Part shown: positions 18,422 through 28,287 of the stretch, in pieces
Layout of the letters: each line of letters begins with the position of its first letter
Position numbering within the stretch: the stretch's first letter is position 1
From: a bacterium
GTDB taxonomy: Bacteria; Bacillota; Clostridia; Oscillospirales; Acutalibacteraceae
Direction of reading: 5' to 3'
Assembly: GCA_963597385.1 (NCBI GenBank)
Contig: CAVBQD010000001.1
Span: forward strand, 1-54,439
Length of the DNA stretch: 54,439 nt
Translations under genes and position numbers: made by a program
The notes under the pieces: generated by a model
Seen by the model: only the letters and a program-made list of their open reading frames with translations
What the model was told of the DNA's origin: nothing
The model's database searches: none

Positions 18422-19827
18422 GCCGAGTATTAGCATTCGACTTCGGTGCGTCAACAGGCAGAGCAATTCTTGCCGAATACAAAAACGGTAAAATCGAATA
18501 TAACGAAATTCACCGTTTTGACAATGTGCTTACCGAAAAGGACGGTCATCTCCGTTGGGATTTCCCGTATCTTCTCGGTGAAGTCAAAAAAGCGATAGAG
18601 CTTGCCGACAGTGCAGACTCACTTGCTTTTGACACTTGGGGAGTTGACTACGGTCTTATCAACGCAGACGGCGAAATTGTCGATTTGCCGATTTGCTACC
18701 GTGACGGCAGAACAAAAGACGCACCGCAAAAAATATTTGAGAGCGTTTCTCAAACCGAACTTTACGAAAAAACAGGCAACCAGATTATGCCGATTAACAC
18801 GCTTTTCCAGCTTTTGGCAGAAGAAAACGGCGATGCGGATATGTTTTTGTTTATGCCCGACCTTTTTGCCTATGCTTTGTGCGGAGCAAAAACCGCCGAA
18901 CAAACGATTGCCTCAACTTCGCAAATGCTTGATTTAAAAAATGTCAAATGGCAAAACAGTGTTTTTGCACTCACCGGCAAGGATGAAAAAATGCTTCCGC
19001 CGATAGTTAAAAGTGCAACGGTTGCCGGAGAATACAACGGTATTAAGGTAATCAAGGTTGCGGGTCACGACACGCAATGTGCCGTTTGTGCAATGCCGAG
19101 CGTTTCCGGCGAAGAGCCGGCGTTCTTGTCCTGCGGCACTTGGTCGCTCATAGGCTGTGAAAACGACGGGCCTATCCTCACCGAAAAGAGTATGGCGGAT
19201 GAACTGTCAAACGAACTCGGTGCAAACGGCAAAATCAACTATCTTAAAAACATCAGCGGTTTGTGGCTGATTCAGGAAATCAGACGCAATTTCAAAGAAG
19301 AGGGCAAGAATTATTCATACAACGATATGGAACAGCTTGCAAGAAACGAAAAGCCGTTTGAATTTTTCATCGACCCGGACGAGGATATTTTTGCTTCTCC
19401 GAAAGATATGCCGAAGAAAATCCGTGACTATTGCAAAAAAACAGGTCAGGGCGAGCCTCAGACCGACGGTGCTTTGGTAAGATGTATTTACGAAAGCCTT
19501 GCAATGAAATACCGCTTTGCAATCAGGCAGATTGAAGAAAACACAGAAAAGAAATTTGATGTGCTTCATCTCCTCGGCGGCGGAACAAAGGACAGCTTCC
19601 TTTGTCAAATGACGGCAGACAGCCTCAACTTACCTGTTGTCGCAGGTCCTACGGAAGCAACTGCACTCGGCAACATCATTCTTCAGCTTATCGCTCTCGG
19701 TGATATAGAAGATGTAAATGCCGGCAGAGAAATTATAAAATCACAGGAAAATCTAAAAGAGTACAAGCCGATTGACCCTCAAAGTTTTGAGGCGGCTTAT
19801 CAAAAATTTTTAAACGCAATTAATTAA
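18418..19827 (+). CDS. fucK: FGGY carbohydrate kinase (rhamnulokinase-like), probably fuculokinase
   Basis: AFDFGASTGR, DTWGVDYGL, GHDT, SCGTWSLIG, GPTEATALGN; context. Confidence 0.75.
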   Translation: MSRVLAFDFGASTGRAILAEYKNGKIEYNEIHRFDNVLTEKDGHLRWDFPYLLGEVKKAIELADSADSLAFDTWGVDYGLINADGEIVDLPICYRDGRTKDAPQKIFESVSQTELYEKTGNQIMPINTLFQLLAEENGDADMFLFMPDLFAYALCGAKTAEQTIASTSQMLDLKNVKWQNSVFALTGKDEKMLPPIVKSATVAGEYNGIKVIKVAGHDTQCAVCAMPSVSGEEPAFLSCGTWSLIGCENDGPILTEKSMADELSNELGANGKINYLKNISGLWLIQEIRRNFKEEGKNYSYNDMEQLARNEKPFEFFIDPDEDIFASPKDMPKKIRDYCKKTGQGEPQTDGALVRCIYESLAMKYRFAIRQIEENTEKKFDVLHLLGGGTKDSFLCQMTADSLNLPVVAGPTEATALGNIILQLIALGDIEDVNAGREIIKSQENLKEYKPIDPQSFEAAYQKFLNAIN

Positions 19828-19847
19828 TTTTGTAAAGGAGTATATTT

Positions 19848-21632
19848 ATGAATTATCCTAAAATAGGCATTCGCCCGGTTATCGACGGCAGATGGGGCGG
19901 AGTTCGTGAAAGCCTTGAAGAACAGACAATGAGTATGGCTACTTCAGCCGCAAAACTCATTTCCGAAACTCTTTGCTACCCTGACGGCACACCTGTTCAG
20001 TGCGTAGTATCAAACACAACCATTGGCGGCGGTGCAGAGGCTGCCGCTTGCGAGGAACAATTTTCAACAGAAAATGTTGTTGCAACTCTTTCCGTAACTC
20101 CTTGCTGGTGCTACGGTATGGAAACATACGACAACAATCCGAAAACAATCAAGGCTGTTTGGGGCTTTAACGGTACAGAAAGACCGGGTGCGGTTTATCT
20201 TGCGGCTGTTATGGCGGCTTATGCACAAAAAGGTATGCCGGCATTCTCAATTTACGGTCACGATGTTCAGGATATGGACGACAAGTCAATCCCTGACGAT
20301 GTTGCCAAAAAGATTTTGACTTTTGCAAAATGTGCCGTATCTGTCGGTTGGATGAACAACAAGTCATATGTAAATCTCGGCGGTGTTGCAATGGGTATTG
20401 CAGGTTCTTACTGCAATGCAGACTTCTTCCAGAAGTATCTCGGCATTCGTCCGGAATGGGTTGATATGACAGAAATCGTACGCAGAATTACACTCGAAAT
20501 TTACGACCACGACGAATACGACAAGGCTATCGCTTGGGTTAAGGCTAACTGCAAAGAAGGCTTTGATGTAAACGCAGGTAAGGACTTGCCTGAAATCATC
20601 AGAAAATCAAAGGTTGTTGCTCCTGACAAAGATTGGGAATTCATCACAAAGATGACAATCGTTGTTCGTGATATTCTTTTCGGCAACAAGAAACTTGACG
20701 AAATGGGTTGGCACGAGGAAGCACTCGGCAAAAATGCTGTTGCAGGCGGTTTCCAAGGTCAAAGAAACTGGACAGACTGGCTTCCTAACGCAGACTTTAC
20801 AGAGGCTATTATGGCTTCAACATTCGACTGGAACGGTAAGAAAATGCCTACTCCTTTCGCAACAGAAAACGACACACTCAACGGTGCTTCAATGATTCTC
20901 GGTACTCTTGTATCCGACACAGCACCTTGCTTCCACGATGTTCGTACATACTGGAGCCCGGACGCTTGCGAGCGTGTAACCGGTATGCGTCCTGACGGCG
21001 TTGCAAAAGACGGATTTATCCACCTTATCAATTCGGGTGCAACTGCACTTGACGGCTCGGGTGCTTCAAAGAACGAAAACGGCGAAGGGTGTATGAAACC
21101 GTTCTGGAAGATGACAGAGAATGATATCAAGGCTTGCATCAACGCAACCGATTGGTGCAGAGCAAACTATGAATATTTCCGTGGCGGCGGATTCTCATCA
21201 CACTTCCGTTGCAGTGCAGAAATGCCTATCACAATGCTCCGTATCAACATTGTTGAGGGTATCGGCCCTGTTCTTCAGCTTGCCGAGGGTTACACGGTTA
21301 ATCTCCCGGATCAAATCCACAACACCATTGACCAACGTACAGACAAAACATGGCCTACAACTTGGTTTGCTCCAAAGCTTACCGGCAAAGGTGCTTTCAA
21401 GGATGTTTACAGCGTTATGGCAAATTGGGGTGCAAACCACGGCGTAACGGTTTACGGCCACATCGGCGACAAACTCATCACCCTTGCGTCAATGCTCCGC
21501 ATTCCTGTAAATATGCACAATGTTGAAGACGACAGAATTTTCCGTCCGCAGTGCTGGGCAGCATTCGGTACAGACGATAAACAAGCTGCCGATTACAGTG
21601 CTTGCAAAAATTACGGCCCGCTTTATAAGTAA
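19848..21632 (+). CDS. fucI: L-fucose isomerase
   Basis: KIGIRPVIDGR, VTPCWCYG, WGFNGTERPGAVYLAA, ATEND, DVRTYWSP, NWGANH, YGPLYK. Confidence 0.96.
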   Translation: MNYPKIGIRPVIDGRWGGVRESLEEQTMSMATSAAKLISETLCYPDGTPVQCVVSNTTIGGGAEAAACEEQFSTENVVATLSVTPCWCYGMETYDNNPKTIKAVWGFNGTERPGAVYLAAVMAAYAQKGMPAFSIYGHDVQDMDDKSIPDDVAKKILTFAKCAVSVGWMNNKSYVNLGGVAMGIAGSYCNADFFQKYLGIRPEWVDMTEIVRRITLEIYDHDEYDKAIAWVKANCKEGFDVNAGKDLPEIIRKSKVVAPDKDWEFITKMTIVVRDILFGNKKLDEMGWHEEALGKNAVAGGFQGQRNWTDWLPNADFTEAIMASTFDWNGKKMPTPFATENDTLNGASMILGTLVSDTAPCFHDVRTYWSPDACERVTGMRPDGVAKDGFIHLINSGATALDGSGASKNENGEGCMKPFWKMTENDIKACINATDWCRANYEYFRGGGFSSHFRCSAEMPITMLRINIVEGIGPVLQLAEGYTVNLPDQIHNTIDQRTDKTWPTTWFAPKLTGKGAFKDVYSVMANWGANHGVTVYGHIGDKLITLASMLRIPVNMHNVEDDRIFRPQCWAAFGTDDKQAADYSACKNYGPLYK

Positions 21633-21654
21633 ATCAAATAAGCAAACTTATCTT

Positions 21655-21870
21655 GGCTCCTCTTGTTTACAAGGGGAGCTGTCGTGCTTTAGCACGACTG
21701 AGGGGTTAAAAAACGAAATTTGTGCGACTGATGGGTGCGGGTCTCCGGTGGAGACCTCTGCACCTTAGTGCAGAAGCACCGACCGAACCGGCAGGCGAGA
21801 TTAAAAGGTAAAACCCTTCCGTCTTTTTGCCGTGCAAAAATCCACCTTCCCTTACATTTAAGGGAAGGCA
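21655..21870. repeat. Composite palindromic REP-like cluster
   Basis: Stacked hairpins (GGGGAGCTGTC..GACTGAGGGG; GGGTCTCCGGTGGAGACC..ACCGACCGAACCGGCAGGCGAGA). About 160 bp is homologous to the reverse complement of ~51868-52048. Confidence 0.85.
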
Positions 21871-21902
21871 GGCGTGTCGAAAAAGTTTTTTCGACACGCT
21901 GT

Positions 21903-22133
21903 AGGCTGTTGAGAAAGGTTCTGAATTTCGTTTTCTTGCGAACTTTGCTGTACGATGGTACCGCTTGTGAGCAAAAAACGAAAAACGCCAAAAGTACCAC
22001 AAATTCGATATTTGTGGTACTTTTCTTTAGACAGTGCTATTAAAATGATAATATTTCGGGATAGGCAAGCCTATCCCCTACAAAGCTTCGCTAAAATAAT
22101 TTTGGCGTGTTTCAGGGACTTTATCGACAGTCT
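21903..22133. mobile_element. Putative MITE (~230 bp) with imperfect 15-bp terminal inverted repeats
   Basis: Left end AGGCTGTTGAGAAAG versus reverse complement of the right end AGACTGTCGATAAAG (12/15). No transposase; contains a GTAG REP at 22058-22081. Confidence 0.6.
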
Positions 22134-22183
22134 GACCTTACCTTACATTTAAGGGAAGGCATTTTTCGTTTTTTATATTTAAT

Positions 22184-23524
22184 TCAGACTTCTGTATTAT
22201 CAAGTATTGTACTTGTTATATATTCATTCTCAACAATATTAAAACTGTATTTTCCGTTATACTTTTTTGCAATATCATTGATAATCTTTTGACCGTAGCC
22301 GTGAAAATCTTTGTTTGTCGGTTTCTTTTTATTTGAATTTCTATACATATTTGTGCTTTTTATCACTATATTTGCGGGAGTGATTTTTATAGAAAGTTCA
22401 ACATCTCTCTTTTCTGAAAAATTATCCATGGCTTCAATCTGATTGTCGATAAGATTGGTTAAAATTCTGCATAAATCATAATTGGATATTTTTATTTCGG
22501 CATTTTCATCAACATTAATCACAAGATTAATTCCCTTTTCTTCGGCTTGCTGATGTTTAATTGTATAAATTGTATTTATAGTTTCATTTTTACAAATTAT
22601 TTCATATGCCGAATTATGAATATCGTCGTTTGCCTTTTGCAAAATCTCAAGTGCTTTTTGCGGCTTTTCAATCTCAATAAATCCGGCGGCAGTCGTTATG
22701 ATGTTTGACAAATCGTGCCTGATTTTTCTAAAACGCTCTCTTTCTGTTCTTAATTGCAGATATTTTTGATAATCAAGTTCGTTATTAGCAACCAATTGTT
22801 TATATTTTAAATTTTCAAGTTCTCTTTTTTCAAGAAAATCGACCGCAAACATTATCGAAAAATCTATTATAAAACAAATAACAAAATATATACAGGAAAC
22901 AGAAGATAACCTTTGAGGATAATCGTTAACCTTAGTTACAAGTTGCTGTTCAAAAGCATAAACAATTTGAATGGCAAATATATGCGTCAATGGGAAAAGA
23001 TAAAAATATATGTATTTAATATTATGCTCAAGCGTATTATTGAGTTTGTTTTTTATAACCTTTATTATAAACACGACAAAAAACGAAAATGCAACCATAA
23101 ACAAACACAAGCATATCAAAGACAAAAGCGTTGTTTTGTTAAGGAATGCTTCTGTTCCCTCTTTGCCAAATGTAAGGGTTATAAAAGAATAATACAGTGC
23201 CGATGAAAGCAACATTGTTAAAAATGCCGAAATAACAGAAATAAGCTTTAAATATAATTTGTTTTCGGTCAAAAAAATCACAAGAACAAATTGTATTACA
23301 AAATACAATGTCAAGCATGCATATTCAACCTTTTGCGACATATCTTTTAACTGCAAGGTTGCATACGAATACACCATACACACACCGATATAAATTATAA
23401 AAGTTTTAAACATACCGTATTTTCGTTTTGTTAAAGCATTAACCACATTAAATGACAAAAACGCCCTTGCAAAATGCAGCATCCACGCCCACGGAAAAAA
23501 ATCAACAGTAGATATTTCATTCAT
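22184..23524 (-). CDS. Orphan AgrC-like GHKL sensor kinase
   Basis: TM-rich N-terminus, RKIRHDLSN H-box, NLIDNQIEA N-box, HGYGQKII. Start moved to MNEISTV on the GAGGTGA RBS. Confidence 0.82.
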   Translation of the reverse strand: MNEISTVDFFPWAWMLHFARAFLSFNVVNALTKRKYGMFKTFIIYIGVCMVYSYATLQLKDMSQKVEYACLTLYFVIQFVLVIFLTENKLYLKLISVISAFLTMLLSSALYYSFITLTFGKEGTEAFLNKTTLLSLICLCLFMVAFSFFVVFIIKVIKNKLNNTLEHNIKYIYFYLFPLTHIFAIQIVYAFEQQLVTKVNDYPQRLSSVSCIYFVICFIIDFSIMFAVDFLEKRELENLKYKQLVANNELDYQKYLQLRTERERFRKIRHDLSNIITTAAGFIEIEKPQKALEILQKANDDIHNSAYEIICKNETINTIYTIKHQQAEEKGINLVINVDENAEIKISNYDLCRILTNLIDNQIEAMDNFSEKRDVELSIKITPANIVIKSTNMYRNSNKKKPTNKDFHGYGQKIINDIAKKYNGKYSFNIVENEYITSTILDNTEV

Positions 23525-23649
23525 AATATTCACCTCACCCATCAAATCAACAAATAATTTTTATAATTAATAAGCCTTAAAAGATTAAATACTTACCTTA
23601 GTAAAATACCAAAGCAAGTATTTTTCATTCTATATAATACTTCTCGATT

Positions 23650-23774
23650 CACCGCCGAGTTGCAAAAATTCAAATTTGACCGTTCGGTTAATTTAAAAAC
23701 GAGGAAAATCTGGGTTTATTGTGACGAGAGCTGTGTCGTTGTACACCGCCGAGTTACAAAAACCCGGATTTGAC
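23650..23774. repeat. Two 31-bp imperfect direct repeats within a long hairpin (REP-like)
   Basis: CACCGCCGAGTTRCAAAAAYYCRRATTTGAC at 23650-23680 and 23744-23774 (26/31 identical). Confidence 0.65.
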
Positions 23775-23779
23775 TGTTT

Positions 23780-24628
23780 TTAAACGCCTGAGTATGCGTT
23801 GAAACCGCCGTCAACGGGTATATTTACACCTGTGATAAATCCGCTGTACGCTTCGTCGCAAAGGAAGAGAAGCGTTCCGTCAAGCTCTTCAGGCTCGCCG
23901 AAACGGTCCATAGGTGTTGCGGCAAGGATTTTGCCTGTACGGGCAGTTGGAGTGCCGTCCTCGTTCCAAAGGAGAGCGGCATTTTGCTTTGTTGAGAAGA
24001 AGCCCGGAGCGATAGCGTTTACTCGGATACCCATTGGGGCAAAGTGAACAGCCATCCACTCGGTGAAATTCTTTACAGCAGCTTTAGCCGCAGAATATGC
24101 AGGGATACGGGTGAGCGGGCGGAACGCATTCATCGATGTAATCATAACGATGCAAGCGTGTTCCTTTTCAACCATATCTCTTGCGAAAACCTGAGTAGGA
24201 ATAAGCGTACCGAGGAAGTTGAGATTGAATACAAACGAAATGCCGTCTGCATCAAGGTCAAAGAATGTTTTTACATTTTCGTCCTTTTGAACAAGGTCGA
24301 TTTGTTCCAAAGTGTCCTTTGTTGTTGTGCCCTTTGGATTATTTCCGCCGGCACCGTTGAGAAGGATATCGCAAGTGCCGAGCTTTTCGTTAATTGTTTT
24401 TCTTGCGGCTTGCATTGACTCCTGATTGAGCACATTACAGCCTACCGCAATGGCAACGCCGCCGTCTGCGGTAATTTCATCGGCACACTTTTGTGCAGCC
24501 TCTTCGTTTAAATCAAGAACGGCAACCTTACAGCCCTGCTTTGCCAAAGTCTTTGCAAACTGTCCGCAAAGAACTCCGCCGCCGCCTGTTACAACCGCAA
24601 CTCTGCCTTTTAAATTTTCATGTGTCAT
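23780..24628 (-). CDS. uxuB: SDR-family D-mannonate oxidoreductase (fructuronate reductase)
   Basis: TGGGGVLC, NGAGGNNPKGTT, PLTRIPAYSAAK, DGGFNAYSGV; next to uxuA. Confidence 0.85.
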   Translation of the reverse strand: MTHENLKGRVAVVTGGGGVLCGQFAKTLAKQGCKVAVLDLNEEAAQKCADEITADGGVAIAVGCNVLNQESMQAARKTINEKLGTCDILLNGAGGNNPKGTTTKDTLEQIDLVQKDENVKTFFDLDADGISFVFNLNFLGTLIPTQVFARDMVEKEHACIVMITSMNAFRPLTRIPAYSAAKAAVKNFTEWMAVHFAPMGIRVNAIAPGFFSTKQNAALLWNEDGTPTARTGKILAATPMDRFGEPEELDGTLLFLCDEAYSGFITGVNIPVDGGFNAYSGV

Positions 24629-24720
24629 TTTTATATCTCCTAATAATCTAACATCATAATACGGTAAATATCTTACATATATAATGCAATTTGCCGTATT
24701 TTACTATAGATTTCAATATC

Positions 24721-24744
24721 GGGACGGGTAAACCCGTCCCCTAC
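24721..24744 (-). repeat. GTAG-type REP
   Basis: GTAG-GGGACGGG-TTTA-CCCGTCCC; same architecture at 22058-22081 and 51778-51803. Confidence 0.75.
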
Positions 24745-24766
24745 AATATTAATTTTATGTACAAAA

Positions 24767-25831
24767 TCACTTGCGTGACTTTTCCACAGCTTCCCAAAGA
24801 CCGTTGAGATAGCATGCTCCGAGTGCTCTGTCATAAAGTCCGTAACCCGGACGGGCAACCTCGCCCCAAATCATTCTGCCGTGGTCAGGGCGGATGTATC
24901 CGTCAAAACCGACTTCCTGCAAAGCCTTTACAATCTCGTACATATCGAGTGATCCGGCGTTGCTTTCGTGTGCGGTTTCGTTAAACCACTGATTATTGAT
25001 TTGAACATTGCGAAGGTGGGCAAAATAAATTCTGTCGCCTGCCGCTTTGATAATTTCAACCATATCGTTGTTCGGACTTGCACCGAGTGAGCCCGTGCAA
25101 AGAGTCAAGCCGTTATACTTTGACGGAACCATTGTAAGCAACTTTTCAACAGCCGCCTTATCCGTGATAATTCTCGGAAGACCGAAAATGCTCCACGGCG
25201 GGTCGTCCGGATGTATTGCCATTTTGACATCACATTCCTCACAGGTAGGCATAATTGCTTCAAGAAAATACTTTAAGTTTGCCCACAAATCGTCCGCAGT
25301 GACATCCTTGTATTTTTCAAAAAGCTCCTTGATTTCGCCCATACGCTCGGTTTCCCAGCCCGGCATCGCATAGCCGTTTGAGTTGTCGTCAATTTCCTTA
25401 AACATATCCTCGGGTGACTTGCCCTCTACCTGCTTGCCGTCGTAGCAAAGGCAGGTTGAGCCGTCAGGCAAAGGCATATAAAGGTCTGTTCTCGTCCAGT
25501 CAAAAACAGGCATAAAGTTATAACAAATTACCTTTACGCCAACCTTTGAAAGATTGCGAATTGACTCCTTGTAATTTTCAATATACTTATCCCTTGTCGG
25601 CAAACCGATTTTAATATCTTCGTGCACATTTACACTTTCTATGCACTCCATAGTAAGCCCGGCGGCTGTAATTTCGTCATACATCGCCTGAACCCTGTCC
25701 ATACTCCACGCCTCACCGGCAGGCAAATCGTGAAGTGCTGGAACAACGCCGACAACATTCGGTATTTGCTTGATTTGTTCAAGAGAAACGGTATCTTTCT
25801 CCTTACCAAACCAGCGAAATGTCATTTGCAT
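24767..25831 (-). CDS. uxuA: Mannonate dehydratase
   Basis: MTFRWFG, ESVNVHEDIK, CYNFMPVFDWTRT, HPDDPP, RPDHGR, PGYGLYDRALG. Confidence 0.96.
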   Translation of the reverse strand: MQMTFRWFGKEKDTVSLEQIKQIPNVVGVVPALHDLPAGEAWSMDRVQAMYDEITAAGLTMECIESVNVHEDIKIGLPTRDKYIENYKESIRNLSKVGVKVICYNFMPVFDWTRTDLYMPLPDGSTCLCYDGKQVEGKSPEDMFKEIDDNSNGYAMPGWETERMGEIKELFEKYKDVTADDLWANLKYFLEAIMPTCEECDVKMAIHPDDPPWSIFGLPRIITDKAAVEKLLTMVPSKYNGLTLCTGSLGASPNNDMVEIIKAAGDRIYFAHLRNVQINNQWFNETAHESNAGSLDMYEIVKALQEVGFDGYIRPDHGRMIWGEVARPGYGLYDRALGACYLNGLWEAVEKSRK

Positions 25832-25893
25832 ATCCTATTCCTCCGTTTTTTATTCTCTATAATTTTAGCACAACACAAAAGCATATTCAACCG

Positions 25894-27090
25894 CTAATCG
25901 GACTTTTTTGCTTTATTTGACTTTTTTGAGATTAAACCTACCTCTTCGCCTATGTTTTCCAAAACTTCAACCTTGCCGCTTGCAACGGCTGAATTTGAAG
26001 TCAAAGCGACCTTTATATCCTTTGAAATTACATTGTCCTTGCCGTAATTTGACATCAGTTTTTGTTCAGTCAAACTGTCGGTCAGTTTCAACAACTCCCT
26101 GTCCGACAGCGTAACGGTATAAATATTATATACTTTGACATCGGTTTTGACGATACCAATCGGAACGGGATTTTTGTTAATCATCAAATATGAATTATGT
26201 TTCACGATTTCGGCATTTTTCTTTGGAATTTTGCCGATATAAAGCGGTAAGTACAGCCCGAAAAACGAAACCGCCTTGTACACTTTTTCATCGGTATATT
26301 CCTTTCTGCACTGCTCACGGCTGACTGTCAGGCTGAATTTTTCGCTAACCTTTGCTATAAAATCACCGCTTGCGTGAGCAAAAAGATTTTCCTTTTTCTT
26401 TTCGGGTGCGTAAACGCCGGACACAAGCACAGTTCCCTTTGTTACACTGTCGCCCACAAAAACCTGTTGCCAACCGTCACGCACCGTAGCCGACACGATA
26501 ACACCGTCTTTTGTTGCGGTAAGGTTTGTATATTCCTTGCTTTCGATATTCGGCTTTGGCGTTGCTTCCTGAATTTCCACACGGGCGGTTGTGCCCACGC
26601 GGTTAATATGTACCCAGGCAATTTCATCGAACGACGCGAGCATCAAATCCTCAATTTTCTGTTTTTCCTCAATACTCCAACGAGTGCCCGCTCTGAAATT
26701 TTGCTTATCCAAAAACGCCTCTATCCTGCTGTCTTCAACAGTATTGTTTCCGATGTATTCAATGTTCCATACAAACCCCGACAAAAAACAAAAAAGTGCA
26801 ACAAACAGCACACAACCGACCGCCAAGCCCGGGCGGGCAACGAGTTTTGACAAATATATCGGCAATCCGCATTTTTTGCGTATTTTAACCTTTCCGCCGT
26901 GACGGTGAGCGATTTTATGCAAGTATTTGTATGCCGAACCGGGACAGCGAGCAACAAGCGTTTTTTCGTATCGTATATTATAAACATTCAAATGCCGACG
27001 GAAGCATTCATCTAAAAAATCACTGCAAAATCCGTTTGAAAAAGAAAACTCAACATATCCGACAAGCCAATTGACAAGACGGTTAATCAC
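25894..27090 (-). CDS. yqfD: Sporulation protein YqfD
   Basis: GYVEF N-terminus, single TM, FVWNIEYIGN, ATKDGVI...VFVGDSVTKGTVLVSG. A GTG start at 27090 overlaps yqfC. Confidence 0.85.
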   Translation of the reverse strand: MINRLVNWLVGYVEFSFSNGFCSDFLDECFRRHLNVYNIRYEKTLVARCPGSAYKYLHKIAHRHGGKVKIRKKCGLPIYLSKLVARPGLAVGCVLFVALFCFLSGFVWNIEYIGNNTVEDSRIEAFLDKQNFRAGTRWSIEEKQKIEDLMLASFDEIAWVHINRVGTTARVEIQEATPKPNIESKEYTNLTATKDGVIVSATVRDGWQQVFVGDSVTKGTVLVSGVYAPEKKKENLFAHASGDFIAKVSEKFSLTVSREQCRKEYTDEKVYKAVSFFGLYLPLYIGKIPKKNAEIVKHNSYLMINKNPVPIGIVKTDVKVYNIYTVTLSDRELLKLTDSLTEQKLMSNYGKDNVISKDIKVALTSNSAVASGKVEVLENIGEEVGLISKKSNKAKKSD

Positions 27091-27337
27091 TGCAATACTC
27101 CACGGACAGAATATCGCCCTCAATTACGGCACCCTCGGGTGAAAACTCATTTATACACAAATTTGAGCCGACAACCTCAAGACAATATCTGCCGAGGTTA
27201 ATTTTTATTTTGTCACGGCTGTAACCGCATATTCCCTTTAAGCCGTCAACAACACATTGCGACGAACCCACAAGATGCACATGCGGACATTCGCAATAAC
27301 CCACGACGGTGCCGTTAAGTTTCTCTTTTTTCTTCAT
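27083..27337 (-). CDS. yqfC: YabP/YqfC-family sporulation protein
   Basis: VVDGLKGICGYS...VVGSNLCI...IEGDILSVEY; upstream of yqfD. Confidence 0.82.
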   Translation of the reverse strand: MKKKEKLNGTVVGYCECPHVHLVGSSQCVVDGLKGICGYSRDKIKINLGRYCLEVVGSNLCINEFSPEGAVIEGDILSVEYCSD

Positions 27338-27351
27338 AAAATCACCGTAAA

Positions 27352-27380
27352 ATTTTATGCCGAACGAAAGCCGAATATCA
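27352..27380 (-). promoter_or_regulatory. Sigma-E-like promoter of yqfCD
   Basis: TGATATT-N14-CATAAAAT; yqfCD is sigma-E dependent in Bacillus. Confidence 0.55.
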
Positions 27381-28238
27381 CCTTTTAAACTTCAGCCAGA
27401 CAATCATTCCGACTGTTACGGCAACCGAAATTGCTCCTGCGAAAGCTGTGCCGTACGGTGAGGACACAAGTGGCATATTTTTGAAATTCATTCCAAACCA
27501 ACCGGTAATGAATCCGAGCGGTGCAAATATGACCGTAACTACTGTGAAAAGTTTCATTGTGTTATTAAGCTTCAAATCTATTGACGACTGATAGGCGTCA
27601 CGCAAATGGACTATGCTTTCGATGATAAGCCTTACATCGTCACGAAGCCTTGCAATCTTATCGGACAAATTATCAAAATATTTCAGCTCCGTTTCATCAA
27701 AAAGGTCAAAATCGTTATCTTTGAGTTCTTCAACGATATTTTGCACCTTTGAATAGTAATTACTTCTTGAAATGCACTTTTGCTTTTCACAATACAAAAT
27801 GCGGTTTAAATTTTCACTCTGCTTACCGTCAAGTATTTGCTTTTCAAGTTTTGCAAGCGTTTTTTGAAATTCACCGTGAACTCCCGCTTCCTCGGCAAGA
27901 AGTTCATCAATAAATGTATAAACTATTTTTGCCGTTCCTGCATTTGTGCCCTCAATCTTTGAAAGAACATTGTGAAAAATCGGAAGTTTTTGCTTTGAGT
28001 TATCGCTGACTATAATCACAAAATTATGCCGAATAAATATTTTGATTTTTTCTATGCAAACACAAACACATTCGCCGTATTTATAATATCCCAGGGTTTC
28101 CACCCGATTTTTCGGCAAATTAAATAAGCCGGCAACCCCGTCAAACTCGGACTCTCCTATATATCCAAGCACAAAATCACGCTTCGCCGCTTCATCGATT
28201 GTTATATTTTCCGCATCGTCACAAAAAGTATAAAACAA
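27378..28238 (-). CDS. corA: CorA-family divalent cation transporter (short form)
   Basis: LNNTMKLFTVVTVIFAPLGFITGWFGMNF with the GMN signature and two C-terminal TMs. Confidence 0.8.
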   Translation of the reverse strand: MFYTFCDDAENITIDEAAKRDFVLGYIGESEFDGVAGLFNLPKNRVETLGYYKYGECVCVCIEKIKIFIRHNFVIIVSDNSKQKLPIFHNVLSKIEGTNAGTAKIVYTFIDELLAEEAGVHGEFQKTLAKLEKQILDGKQSENLNRILYCEKQKCISRSNYYSKVQNIVEELKDNDFDLFDETELKYFDNLSDKIARLRDDVRLIIESIVHLRDAYQSSIDLKLNNTMKLFTVVTVIFAPLGFITGWFGMNFKNMPLVSSPYGTAFAGAISVAVTVGMIVWLKFKR

Positions 28239-28287
28239 AAAACCACCTGTTTTATTTTTCCGACAAAACAGGTGATTATTAACACAT

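Noticed and set aside
21689..22292. Several 60-103 aa ORFs on both strands
   Set aside because: They lie over palindromic REP/MITE sequence, lack an RBS and show no protein-like motifs.
23650..23774. Two 31-bp repeats as a mini CRISPR array
   Set aside because: Only two imperfect units, a 63-bp spacer that base-pairs with the second repeat, and no cas genes. REP-like instead.
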